From the NCBI GenBank assembly GCA_965228895.1, contig OZ245842.1, forward strand, positions 1,824,001 to 1,888,000: a DNA stretch of 64,000 bases, given 5' to 3'. Position numbers and translations under genes: made by a program. Below are positions 9,761-18,177 of the stretch, in pieces. Source of the stretch: Alphaproteobacteria bacterium (lineage in GTDB: Bacteria; Pseudomonadota; Alphaproteobacteria; SP197). The notes under the pieces were generated by a model. The model did no database searches. It was not told the origin of the DNA and saw only the letters and a list, made by a program, of their open reading frames with translations. Each line of letters starts with the position of its first letter. The first letter of the stretch is position 1.

Positions 9761-10252
9761 GTGAACCGCCAGAAACAACCCGCTCGCAAAACCCTGATCA
9801 CCGACGCGCGCGCGGTCACCGAGACCTGCACGGGTACAAACATCCGCCTTGCCGCGCGCCGCATTACCCGTTTTCTGGAAGCGCGCATGCGGGACTCTGG
9901 GCTGAGTCTCGCGCAGTTCGCCCTGATGAGTCATATCGCGGCGGCCCGGGAGGGTACGGTCGGAGACTTGGCCGAGCGCATGGATCTCGATCAGTCGACG
10001 CTGTCGCGAAACCTGCGCGGCCTTGAGAAGGCCGGGCTCGTCGAACTTGTCCTGGTTGAAAAGGACCTAAGGCGGCGTGCCGTGTGGCTGACCGAGATGG
10101 GCGCGCGACAGCTTGAGGCCGCCATGCCGGCATGGCGCAAGGCGCATGAAGCGTTGTCGGAAGTGATCGATCTAGCTGAGGTCTTGGAACTTACAGCCGA
10201 TAGCGCAAGGCTGACGGAGAACGCCGCCGACAAAATTGCGGTCAATCAATAA
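9761..10252 (+). CDS. MarR family transcriptional regulator
   Basis: CTGTNIRLAARRIT, LAERMDLDQSTLSRNLRGLEKAGLV, DLRRRAVWLT; GTG start at 9761 likely. Confidence 0.9.
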   Translation: MNRQKQPARKTLITDARAVTETCTGTNIRLAARRITRFLEARMRDSGLSLAQFALMSHIAAAREGTVGDLAERMDLDQSTLSRNLRGLEKAGLVELVLVEKDLRRRAVWLTEMGARQLEAAMPAWRKAHEALSEVIDLAEVLELTADSARLTENAADKIAVNQ

Positions 10253-10652
10253 CCGCATAGACGTCGATTTCCATATCCATGTAGGCGCGTGCGAGGCCGG
10301 TGACGATGACTTCGCTGGTGGCGACATGGATGCCCTTCAGATGCTTGCCCAGAACCCGCATGACCGGTTCCAGGTGGGCGCGGTCGGTGACCCAGACCTT
10401 GACCTTGCAGATGTCCTGAAGCGTCGCGCCACCGTCCGCCAGCAGGACTTTGACATTGGCCATGGCCTGTTCGGTCTGCGCGGCGGGATCGCCGAGGCCA
10501 TGGAATTCACCGTCGAAGTCGTGCCCGGTCTGGCCGCGCATGTGCAAGACGTTGCCGGTCTTGACCAGCATGCAGAGTTGAGAGTTCAGCTTCTGCGTAC
10601 CGCGATACCACTGGTTGGTTTCGAATTTGCGGAACCGTTCGTGGACGGTCAT
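10242..10652 (-). CDS. RidA/YjgF family protein
   Basis: RGQTG, QTEQAMANVKVLL, MEIDVYAV; ATGA overlap with HpaB-like gene. Confidence 0.88.
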   Translation of the reverse strand: MTVHERFRKFETNQWYRGTQKLNSQLCMLVKTGNVLHMRGQTGHDFDGEFHGLGDPAAQTEQAMANVKVLLADGGATLQDICKVKVWVTDRAHLEPVMRVLGKHLKGIHVATSEVIVTGLARAYMDMEIDVYAVID

Positions 10653-12103
10653 CGGTTGCCCATGACCCGGTCGGAGAGGTCGGCGGCTTTCTTGACCGCG
10701 CGTTTCGGTCCGTCGAAATCAAAGGTCATGTATTCGGCGTTCAGGTGCGCAAACGGCGGCGATTGGGCGAAGAGCGCGAAGGTCAGCCGGTGGCCGGCGT
10801 GGTCGGAGTTGACGAGGTCGCGCGCGAAGGCGAGCAGCTTGCGCCGGTCCTCGGCATCCCAGCGGTCGTTCACCGTGTAGAACTTGTCCATCCAGGGTTT
10901 GGTCTCGACGCCCTCGAAGGTCTCTGAATCCGGTGTGATGCAGATTTGGCCGCCGGTCAGCTCGCGCGCCAGGTGCATCATGTTGGGCAAGCCGGAACAG
11001 GCGTGGATGCGCCCGGCATAGATCATCGATTGGTGCGGCATCATGAGACCGCCGGCCGACGGCTCAGCGAGCTCGATTGAGGCCAGCACGTGGGCGCGGA
11101 TGCCTTCGCGCCAGGTGCTCAACTGGGCGAGCTTCTCGCGCACCGCCGGCTGCTTGTCGAGGCCGGTTTGCTCGGCGTTGAACTTGGCCGCACCAATCAA
11201 AAGGTCGGCGATATGCAGCACCCGAATGACGAAGGGCAGGGCGCTATAACGGTGCAGCATGCTGCGGATGAAACCGGCCGCTTGGGTGTGCTGATAAAAG
11301 AAGATGTCCTCCCACGGGACCAGCACGTCGTCGAACACCAGCAGCGTGTCGATCTCATCGAACTTGGAGGTGCTTGGATAATCGGCGGCGTTCTTGCCGG
11401 TTGCCAGGCTCGACCGGCAGATGTGCTTCAGACCCGGCGCGCCCATCGGGCACATGAAGCCGAGTGCATAGTCCGACATCTTGGCATCGCCCCAATTGGC
11501 GATGGTCGGCTTGACGAAAGCCTGATGCGCATAGGCGGCGGCGGTTTCGTACTTGGCGCCGCGCACGACAATGCCGGCATCGGTCTCCTTCACCACATGC
11601 AGCAGCATGTCGGGATCCTGGTCCTGGGGCGCTTTCGAACGGTCGCCCTTGGGATCGGTGTTGGCGGAGACGGTGAAGAGGTCGCCGCGATGGGCGGTCT
11701 CGATATGGCGTTCGATGTTGCTGGTGAAGCGCGGGTCAACGTCGTGCAAAACATCTTTGCCGTCGAGCAGCGACCACACCGCGCCAATCGTCTCGTCGCC
11801 GAGGCGATAGACGACGCCGCCGATGTCTTCCATGACGGCGTCAACCCAGCGCCATTTAGCGTGCAGGTCTTCCTTGGTGTGGGGCGGCGTCCAGGAAACC
11901 GAGCAGTCTTCGCCGTCGTCGGTCTGCTGCACCATGACGTCGCGATGTTCGTCCTGGTGCGCCATGTCGTAGACGCGGGCGCGTACATCGACCATGGGCT
12001 TGAACGCCGGGTGTTTGGTGACGTCCTTGACCGGCTCGCCATCGATCCAAACCTGGCGGCCGTCACGGATTGAATCGATGTAGTCGCGGCCGGTCATCAA
12101 CAT
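10649..12103 (-). CDS. 4-hydroxyphenylacetate 3-monooxygenase family oxygenase subunit (HpaB-like)
   Basis: MTGRDYIDSIRDGRQVWIDGE, TDPKGDRS, GIVVRGAK, FDEIDTLLVFDDVLVPWE. Confidence 0.88.
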   Translation of the reverse strand: MLMTGRDYIDSIRDGRQVWIDGEPVKDVTKHPAFKPMVDVRARVYDMAHQDEHRDVMVQQTDDGEDCSVSWTPPHTKEDLHAKWRWVDAVMEDIGGVVYRLGDETIGAVWSLLDGKDVLHDVDPRFTSNIERHIETAHRGDLFTVSANTDPKGDRSKAPQDQDPDMLLHVVKETDAGIVVRGAKYETAAAYAHQAFVKPTIANWGDAKMSDYALGFMCPMGAPGLKHICRSSLATGKNAADYPSTSKFDEIDTLLVFDDVLVPWEDIFFYQHTQAAGFIRSMLHRYSALPFVIRVLHIADLLIGAAKFNAEQTGLDKQPAVREKLAQLSTWREGIRAHVLASIELAEPSAGGLMMPHQSMIYAGRIHACSGLPNMMHLARELTGGQICITPDSETFEGVETKPWMDKFYTVNDRWDAEDRRKLLAFARDLVNSDHAGHRLTFALFAQSPPFAHLNAEYMTFDFDGPKRAVKKAADLSDRVMGNR

Positions 12104-12166
12104 GATGGGAACTCCAGGGTTGGGTGGGGATGGCGGTCGCAGCCTAGGCCCGGCCGAGGTGATGGT

Positions 12167-13159
12167 TCAATACTGGCGGCCGGTTTTGACTCGATTTTTG
12201 AGCGGCCGGCCGTCCAAGAACCGTTCGACGTTTGCAAAAAACATGTCGAGGGTCTTGGGAATGTAGTTGTCGACATCATCGGACGAGCAGTGTGGCGTCA
12301 TGATGAGATTGCGTGTCATCCACAGACGTGACGAGCGGGGCAGCGGTTCGGGATCAAAAACGTCGAGCACGGCGCCTGAGAGATGCTCGTTTTCCAGAAG
12401 GTCCGCCAGGGCATCGTAGTCGACTATGCGCGCGCGACCCATGTTGACGAGACCGGCGCCGGGTTTCATCCGCTCCAGGCGGCGGCGGCTCAACATGTTC
12501 TCTGTCTCTGCGGTCAGTGGTGCGGTCACCACAACGACGTCAGCCTTGGGCAACACGCTGTCCAACTTGGCTGGTGTCACCACCTTGTCGGCGTAGCGGT
12601 GTGGCCGGCCATGCCGTGTCACGCCGATTACGGTCATGCCCAGGCGCTGCTTCAGCCAGCGCGCCGACGCGCCGCCCATGCCGCCGAGCCCGATGATGAC
12701 AGCGGTCTTACCTTCCGCCGTCGTCGTGAACTTTTTTTGCCAACGGCGTTGGCGCTGCTGTGTTGCCAGAAAGGGAATGCCGTGGGCCAGCATCAGAACG
12801 GCGGTGCCAACAAACTCGCTCGCCTTCTCGGCATGCACGCCGCTGTTGTTGACCAGGGCGAGATCGCGCGGCACCCAGTCGAAGGGGTGCAGATGCTCGG
12901 TCCCGGCGCCGGTCAGCTGGATCAGTTTGAGATGTGGCGCTCGCGCGCGAAAGTCATCGCGCGGAAACCGCCAGCCGATCATGATGTCGGCCTTGGCGAT
13001 ACCTTCGTCGAAACGGTCGAGTTCCCAACTCCAGTCGAAGGTCAGGCGGCGCGACACGTCCGGGTGACGCCGCCTCGCGGCGCGTACACGCGCCTCGGTG
13101 ACCCAGAACACCTCAGGCTGAGACGAGAGCGCGGCGACGTGAACGCGCAGTTTCTTCAT
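12167..13159 (-). CDS. D-isomer-specific 2-hydroxyacid dehydrogenase
   Basis: IIGLGGMG Rossmann motif, LVNMGRA, LDVFDPEPL, MTPHCS. Confidence 0.9.
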   Translation of the reverse strand: MKKLRVHVAALSSQPEVFWVTEARVRAARRRHPDVSRRLTFDWSWELDRFDEGIAKADIMIGWRFPRDDFRARAPHLKLIQLTGAGTEHLHPFDWVPRDLALVNNSGVHAEKASEFVGTAVLMLAHGIPFLATQQRQRRWQKKFTTTAEGKTAVIIGLGGMGGASARWLKQRLGMTVIGVTRHGRPHRYADKVVTPAKLDSVLPKADVVVVTAPLTAETENMLSRRRLERMKPGAGLVNMGRARIVDYDALADLLENEHLSGAVLDVFDPEPLPRSSRLWMTRNLIMTPHCSSDDVDNYIPKTLDMFFANVERFLDGRPLKNRVKTGRQY

Positions 13160-13176
13160 ACGTCCAGTTCCGGTTT

Positions 13177-14313
13177 CTATCCGAGCACCCGGTCGAGGAC
13201 CCAGTTGTCAATGGTGTGGACCAACGGCTCCATGTACGAGAAGCGGCCGGGCTTCACGAAGGGTGAGCTGATGCCGATCTGCTGGATATCGGAGATCTCG
13301 TTGTCTTCAACAATCGATTTATTCCAGCGTTCGTAGTAATTGCCCACCAATTCGTCGAAGTCGTCGCGCGCCACCGTCTGTTTCGGAAAACAGGAACCGA
13401 CGATCAGTTTTGTGCGCCCGGCGCTGATCGGATGCAGTTCCAGCCACCACATGCAGTCATAGGTGAGCCCGAACATGGTCGAGGGATTGATCAAGACATA
13501 GTACGTGCCTTGTGCGGCCAAGCCGTCCAATGTCGGGATAAAGGGAAACCCTTTCGCGCCCGGCAACAGCGCCCGGCTTCCTTCATGACGGGTAAAGAGG
13601 CCGCAGTATTCGCCGGCGGTTGGGATCGGCGGATTGTGATCGCGTTTCTGCTTCTGGATCGTCTGCTGATGCACGGTCGGGACGTGATAGGACTCCATCG
13701 CGTTCTCGACATAAATTTTCCAGTTACACGCGAGGTCGTATTCGACGCGGCGCGTCGTCACCATGTCTTCGAGTTTGTAACTCGCCAGGACCTCAGGCAG
13801 GTCGCCCAGCCAGTTTGATAGCGGTTCGGCGTCGTGATCGAAGTTCAGAAACAGGAAACCGGCCCAGGTCTCCAAGCGCAGTTCGATCAGGCCGAAGTTC
13901 TTGCGGTCGAAACCATCGGTTTCGTCCATTTCCATGGCGCCGATCAGGCGGCCGTCAAGCGCATAGGTCCAACTGTGATAGGGGCAGGTCATGACGGTGC
14001 AGTTACCGTCGCCCTGCATCACCTTGGCGCCACGATGGCGGCAGGAGTTGGCGAAGGCGCGAACGGTACCGTCGCGGTCGCGTACGATGACAACGGGAAC
14101 GCCGGCGAATTCGAAGGCCGCATAGTCGCCGGGGTTGGGAACGCGGTCTTCACGGCCGACGAAGTTCCAGACCTTCAGAAAGATCGTTTCGACCTCGCGC
14201 CGATAGAACGCCTCGGAGGTGTAGCATTCCGGCGGCAGCGTATCGGCTTCGAGCAGCGGGCGGCGGACCGCCTCGTAGCGGGTGGGGTCGAACAGGTTGG
14301 TGATCTCATTCAT
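13177..14313 (-). CDS. Rieske non-heme iron oxygenase alpha subunit (choline monooxygenase/betaine demethylase-like)
   Basis: CRHRG...CPYHSW Rieske motif; NWKIYVENAMESYHVPTVH mononuclear iron motif. Confidence 0.9.
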   Translation of the reverse strand: MNEITNLFDPTRYEAVRRPLLEADTLPPECYTSEAFYRREVETIFLKVWNFVGREDRVPNPGDYAAFEFAGVPVVIVRDRDGTVRAFANSCRHRGAKVMQGDGNCTVMTCPYHSWTYALDGRLIGAMEMDETDGFDRKNFGLIELRLETWAGFLFLNFDHDAEPLSNWLGDLPEVLASYKLEDMVTTRRVEYDLACNWKIYVENAMESYHVPTVHQQTIQKQKRDHNPPIPTAGEYCGLFTRHEGSRALLPGAKGFPFIPTLDGLAAQGTYYVLINPSTMFGLTYDCMWWLELHPISAGRTKLIVGSCFPKQTVARDDFDELVGNYYERWNKSIVEDNEISDIQQIGISSPFVKPGRFSYMEPLVHTIDNWVLDRVLG

Positions 14314-15836
14314 GCCCGCTGTTCCTCCTCTTTCTTGCGGCGCGTGACAAAGGCCGTCAGTTCCTCGACGATGGCCGGGTCGAGCGGCGGTGGTTCAAAC
14401 TCGTCCAGCAGGTCCTTGTAGATGACGTTCGCCCGTTCCGTGGCGGTCTTGGATCCCGTCTCTTCCCAGGTTTCGAAATTTCGCCAGTCCGACACCATGG
14501 GATCGTAGAACGCGGTGGCGTAACGTTCCAGTGTGTGCGCGGCGCCGAAGTAATGGCCGCCGGGCTGCACCTCGGCGATGGCATCATAGGCCAGCGTGCC
14601 GTCGTCGATCGCCATAGGCTGCAGGAATTCCGACATCATCTGTAGCATCTCGGCGTCCAGCACCGCCTTTTCAAACGATGCGGTCAGGCCGCCTTCGAGC
14701 CAACCGGCGCCATGATGCAGCAGATTGGCGTGGCCCATGACCGCGCCCCAGATCGACATTTCGGACTCGTAGGTCGCCTGGGCGTCGACCGCGTTGGACG
14801 CGTTGGTGTTGCTGGAGCGGTAGGGCAGGTCATAGCGGCGCGCCAACTGGCCGCCGACCATACAGGCCTTCGTGTATTCCGGCGTGCCGAAGGCCGGCGC
14901 GCCAGACTTCATGTCGACGTTCGAGGTAAAGCCGCCATAGAGGCAGCGCGCGCCGGGTGCGGCGACCTGGGCGAACGCAATGCCCGCCAGCGCCTCGGCA
15001 TTCTGTTGCACCAGCGCGCCGGGGATGGTTGCCGGGCTCATGGCGCCGGAGAGCGTGAACGGCGTCAGCGACACCGCCTGCCCGTTCTCGACCGCCTCCA
15101 TCAGACCGTCCAGCATGGGGCCGTCAATGCGGCGCGGCGAGTTGACGTTGATGGTGGTGAAGATGCCGGGCTCTTTGGTGATCTCGTCGCGGGTCATGCC
15201 CCGCGCGATACACAGCATGTCGAGGGCGTCGGTCACGCGTTGACGGCCCAGGCCGGTCGCGTGCCAGACCTTGTCCGACAGGGTCAGGATGGCGAAGACG
15301 CAGTCCAGATGGCGGGTCTCCGCATCCAGATCGATTGGCGCGACCGGTATGCCGCCGCACAGATGCAACGCATTCAGGCTTTGCATCAGGCGGATGAAAT
15401 TCTTGAAGTCCTTGAAGTTGCCCGGCCGCCTGCCGCCGTCCAGATCGGACGCGTTGGGCGGACCGCCGACGGAATTGAAGCTGATATGGCGGCCGCCTAG
15501 CGTGACGTAGCGATCGGGATTGCGCGGCGTCAACGTGAACTCCGATGGCGCCTTGGCGATCAGTTCCATGATCAAGCCGCGGTCGAACTTGACCAGTTGC
15601 GTGCCCATGTCGACATCGGCGCCAGCGGCCTTCAGCTTCTCCAACGCCGTCTCCGACAGAAACTCGACACCCAATTCCTCCAGCACGCGCAAAGAGGTCT
15701 GATGGATTGCCTCGATATGGTCGGCCGACAGGATCTCGACGGGCTGATAGGGATTTTTGAGCCGCCGCCATGGCAACTGCGTGACCTTGGGACCACTCGG
15801 GCGGCGGCCGCGCCTGGACTCGCTACGGCGCGTCAT
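14310..15836 (-). CDS. Trimethylamine methyltransferase (MttB) superfamily protein, non-pyrrolysine
   Basis: APSEFTLTPRNP, TPFTLSGAMSPAT, VDMKSGAPAFGTPE, HGAGWLEGGL; no in-frame TAG. Confidence 0.9.
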   Translation of the reverse strand: MTRRSESRRGRRPSGPKVTQLPWRRLKNPYQPVEILSADHIEAIHQTSLRVLEELGVEFLSETALEKLKAAGADVDMGTQLVKFDRGLIMELIAKAPSEFTLTPRNPDRYVTLGGRHISFNSVGGPPNASDLDGGRRPGNFKDFKNFIRLMQSLNALHLCGGIPVAPIDLDAETRHLDCVFAILTLSDKVWHATGLGRQRVTDALDMLCIARGMTRDEITKEPGIFTTINVNSPRRIDGPMLDGLMEAVENGQAVSLTPFTLSGAMSPATIPGALVQQNAEALAGIAFAQVAAPGARCLYGGFTSNVDMKSGAPAFGTPEYTKACMVGGQLARRYDLPYRSSNTNASNAVDAQATYESEMSIWGAVMGHANLLHHGAGWLEGGLTASFEKAVLDAEMLQMMSEFLQPMAIDDGTLAYDAIAEVQPGGHYFGAAHTLERYATAFYDPMVSDWRNFETWEETGSKTATERANVIYKDLLDEFEPPPLDPAIVEELTAFVTRRKKEEEQRA

Positions 15837-17905
15837 GGCGTGACTTCCCTGTTCAAAACAACGCGTTCGCGTCGGTAACGCAAGCCATCATCCTCCTGTG
15901 TTTGAAATTCGCGTGCATGGCGGTGGCCCGCGTAAACGGCGTCGACAATCAAACCGGGCGCCAAACAATCGCCAATGGCGGTCAGGCTTTCGATTCCGCC
16001 GCCGAGCGTCTCGCCAGTTGGTGCCTTCAGTGCGTGGTAGAGATCATCGTTCGGTTCGCGCGAGGTCGCCAGAACAAGAGCCGCGCACGGCGTCGACGTG
16101 ACGGTGCCGGGACCAAGGTGAACGGCTTCGACACTGTTGCCATCGAAGGCCGACAGCTTGTGCAGGACCAGTGGCTTGACGCCGGCCTCATAGAGGCGGG
16201 GCACGAGAAGGTGATGTTCGTCGGTCCACTGTGTCCAGACGCTGGGCTCCGGCGCAGGTGTCATCAGCGTGACGTCGTGCCCTTCGCGGGCCAGCTTTTC
16301 GGCGAGCGCGCCTGCCATGTAGTAGTGGTCGTCGTCATAGATCACGACCGGTCCCACGATGTCTGATCCTGCGAGAACGTCGTCCGGTGTCAACACGTTC
16401 GCGGCGTCGGGAAGATCCAATGGTTCGACATGGGTGCGCCCGGTACCGTCGCGACGCCACGTGCAGCCCGTCGCGACAACCACATGCGGGAAACCGAACT
16501 CGCGCACATCGTCGGGCGTCAACTGGCTGTCGCGGTAGATCTCGACATGTGACATGCGCTCCAACTGACCGATGCGCCAGTCGGTGACACGTTTCCAGGC
16601 CGCCAGGCCAGGCAGGCGGGCGACACGGTCGACATGCCCACCCAATTCGGTGCCGGCTTCGGCGAGCGTCACCGGATAGCCGCGCGCGCCGAGCGCCCGC
16701 GCCGCTTCAAGACCAGCCGGACCGGCGCCGACCACAAGCACGCGATCATCAGACGCCGACGGGTTCATCACCTCAGGATGCCAGCCGCTACGCCATTCCT
16801 CGCCCATGGTCGGGTTCTGGGTGCAGCGGATGGAAACGCAGCCCTTGAAGGTCGCGCGGCAGATATTGCAGCCGATGCACTCGCGGATGTCGTCCAGACG
16901 TCCTTCCTCGACCTTCTTGGGCAGGAACGGATCGGCGATCGACGGGCGGGCGGCGCCGATCATGTCGAGCACGCCGCGTTTGATCTGCGAGACCATGGTG
17001 TCGGGGCTGGTGAAGCGGCCGACGCCGACCACGGGCCGCGTGGTCAACGGTTTGACGACCGAGGCGTGGACCTCCTGAAATCCTTCCTCGAAGAAACGCG
17101 AACTGCCGCTGTCGGTGCGGTAGTCCGCGATATTGACGTCCCAGAGATCGGGCAAGTCGGCGAGCAGGGCGACCACGTCCTTGCCTTCGTCCGCGCTCGT
17201 CAGGCCGGGTTCGCCGACAAGCTCGTCGAGGGAAAAACGGACGACGACGGCGCAGGTATCGCCGATCGCCTCCTTCGTCTCCTCGATCATCTCGCGGAAC
17301 AGACGTACGCGGTTTTCCAGGCTGCCGCCGTATTCATCGCTGCGTTTGTTAAAGCGCCGGCTGATGAACTGGGCCGGCAGGTAGGCGTGACCGGCATAGA
17401 CGTAGACGATATCGAAGCCCGCGCGTTTGGCGCGCTTGGCGGCATCGACCTGCCAGCGCCGCAAGTCCTTAATGTCGGCCTTGTCCATGGTGCGCGCGTG
17501 CAGCGGATTCAGATAGCCGATCGGCCTGCCGGATGGCGCCATCGGCACGTCGCGTGTCATCTTGACCGGCGAATAGAGCCCGCCGTGCCATAGCTGTGTT
17601 CCCGCCAGTGCGTCGTGTTCGTGAATCGCATCGGCGGTCACCGCCATGGTGCGGACGTCGTCTTCGTCCCACAGGCTACAGGTCGGAAACGGCGCGTCAT
17701 CGGCGGTCGGATGGATCGAGGTGTATTCGGTGCACACCACGCCCCAGCCACCTTCGGCCTTGATGCCGCGCATGGCGGCAAGCGTCTGCGGCAGGTTGTA
17801 GCCCATGCCGGTGCAGTGCGGCACCTGATAGAATCGGTTCTTGGCCGTGACCGGGCCAATCGGGACGGGTTCGAACAGGATGTCGTAACGGGGATCGCGA
17901 CTCAT
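15833..17905 (-). CDS. Trimethylamine/dimethylamine/histamine dehydrogenase-family flavoprotein
   Basis: MSRDPRYDILFEP...NRFYQVPHC (FMN-linking Cys), YVYAGH, CIGCNIC...CTQNP 4Fe-4S motif, GAGPAGLEAA. Confidence 0.88.
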   Translation of the reverse strand: MSRDPRYDILFEPVPIGPVTAKNRFYQVPHCTGMGYNLPQTLAAMRGIKAEGGWGVVCTEYTSIHPTADDAPFPTCSLWDEDDVRTMAVTADAIHEHDALAGTQLWHGGLYSPVKMTRDVPMAPSGRPIGYLNPLHARTMDKADIKDLRRWQVDAAKRAKRAGFDIVYVYAGHAYLPAQFISRRFNKRSDEYGGSLENRVRLFREMIEETKEAIGDTCAVVVRFSLDELVGEPGLTSADEGKDVVALLADLPDLWDVNIADYRTDSGSSRFFEEGFQEVHASVVKPLTTRPVVGVGRFTSPDTMVSQIKRGVLDMIGAARPSIADPFLPKKVEEGRLDDIRECIGCNICRATFKGCVSIRCTQNPTMGEEWRSGWHPEVMNPSASDDRVLVVGAGPAGLEAARALGARGYPVTLAEAGTELGGHVDRVARLPGLAAWKRVTDWRIGQLERMSHVEIYRDSQLTPDDVREFGFPHVVVATGCTWRRDGTGRTHVEPLDLPDAANVLTPDDVLAGSDIVGPVVIYDDDHYYMAGALAEKLAREGHDVTLMTPAPEPSVWTQWTDEHHLLVPRLYEAGVKPLVLHKLSAFDGNSVEAVHLGPGTVTSTPCAALVLATSREPNDDLYHALKAPTGETLGGGIESLTAIGDCLAPGLIVDAVYAGHRHAREFQTQEDDGLRYRRERVVLNREVTP

Positions 17906-17911
17906 TATGTC

Positions 17912-18177
17912 AGTACCCACTATCACGGAAGGACAGCACGTTTGATCGCCTTTTCGTGCCCTCTGGCCAGGAAGCGCCGCGAAGGCGATGCGGTGCATCG
18001 GTTAGAGGCGATGACGCCGCCAGGGGTCATGAAAAGCGACCCTTCGGGCGGCATAGCGCGCCTCTCGGACGTCGTTGCACGGCCCTTGTGATGTGCCGGT
18101 ATCACGACGGGCCGCGCGCCTAGCCGAGAAACGTGCCAAGCTGTCATACGTGTTGTCCTTCCGTGATAGTGGGTACT
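17912..18177. mobile_element. MITE-like element with 30-bp terminal inverted repeats
   Basis: AGTACCCACTATCACGGAAGGACAGCACGT (17912-17941) versus the reverse complement of 18148-18177, one mismatch; internal hairpins; no transposase. Confidence 0.8.

Noticed and set aside
14310-15836. Pyrrolysine-containing MttB
   Set aside because: The ORF is uninterrupted, with no in-frame TAG and no pyl genes in the window.
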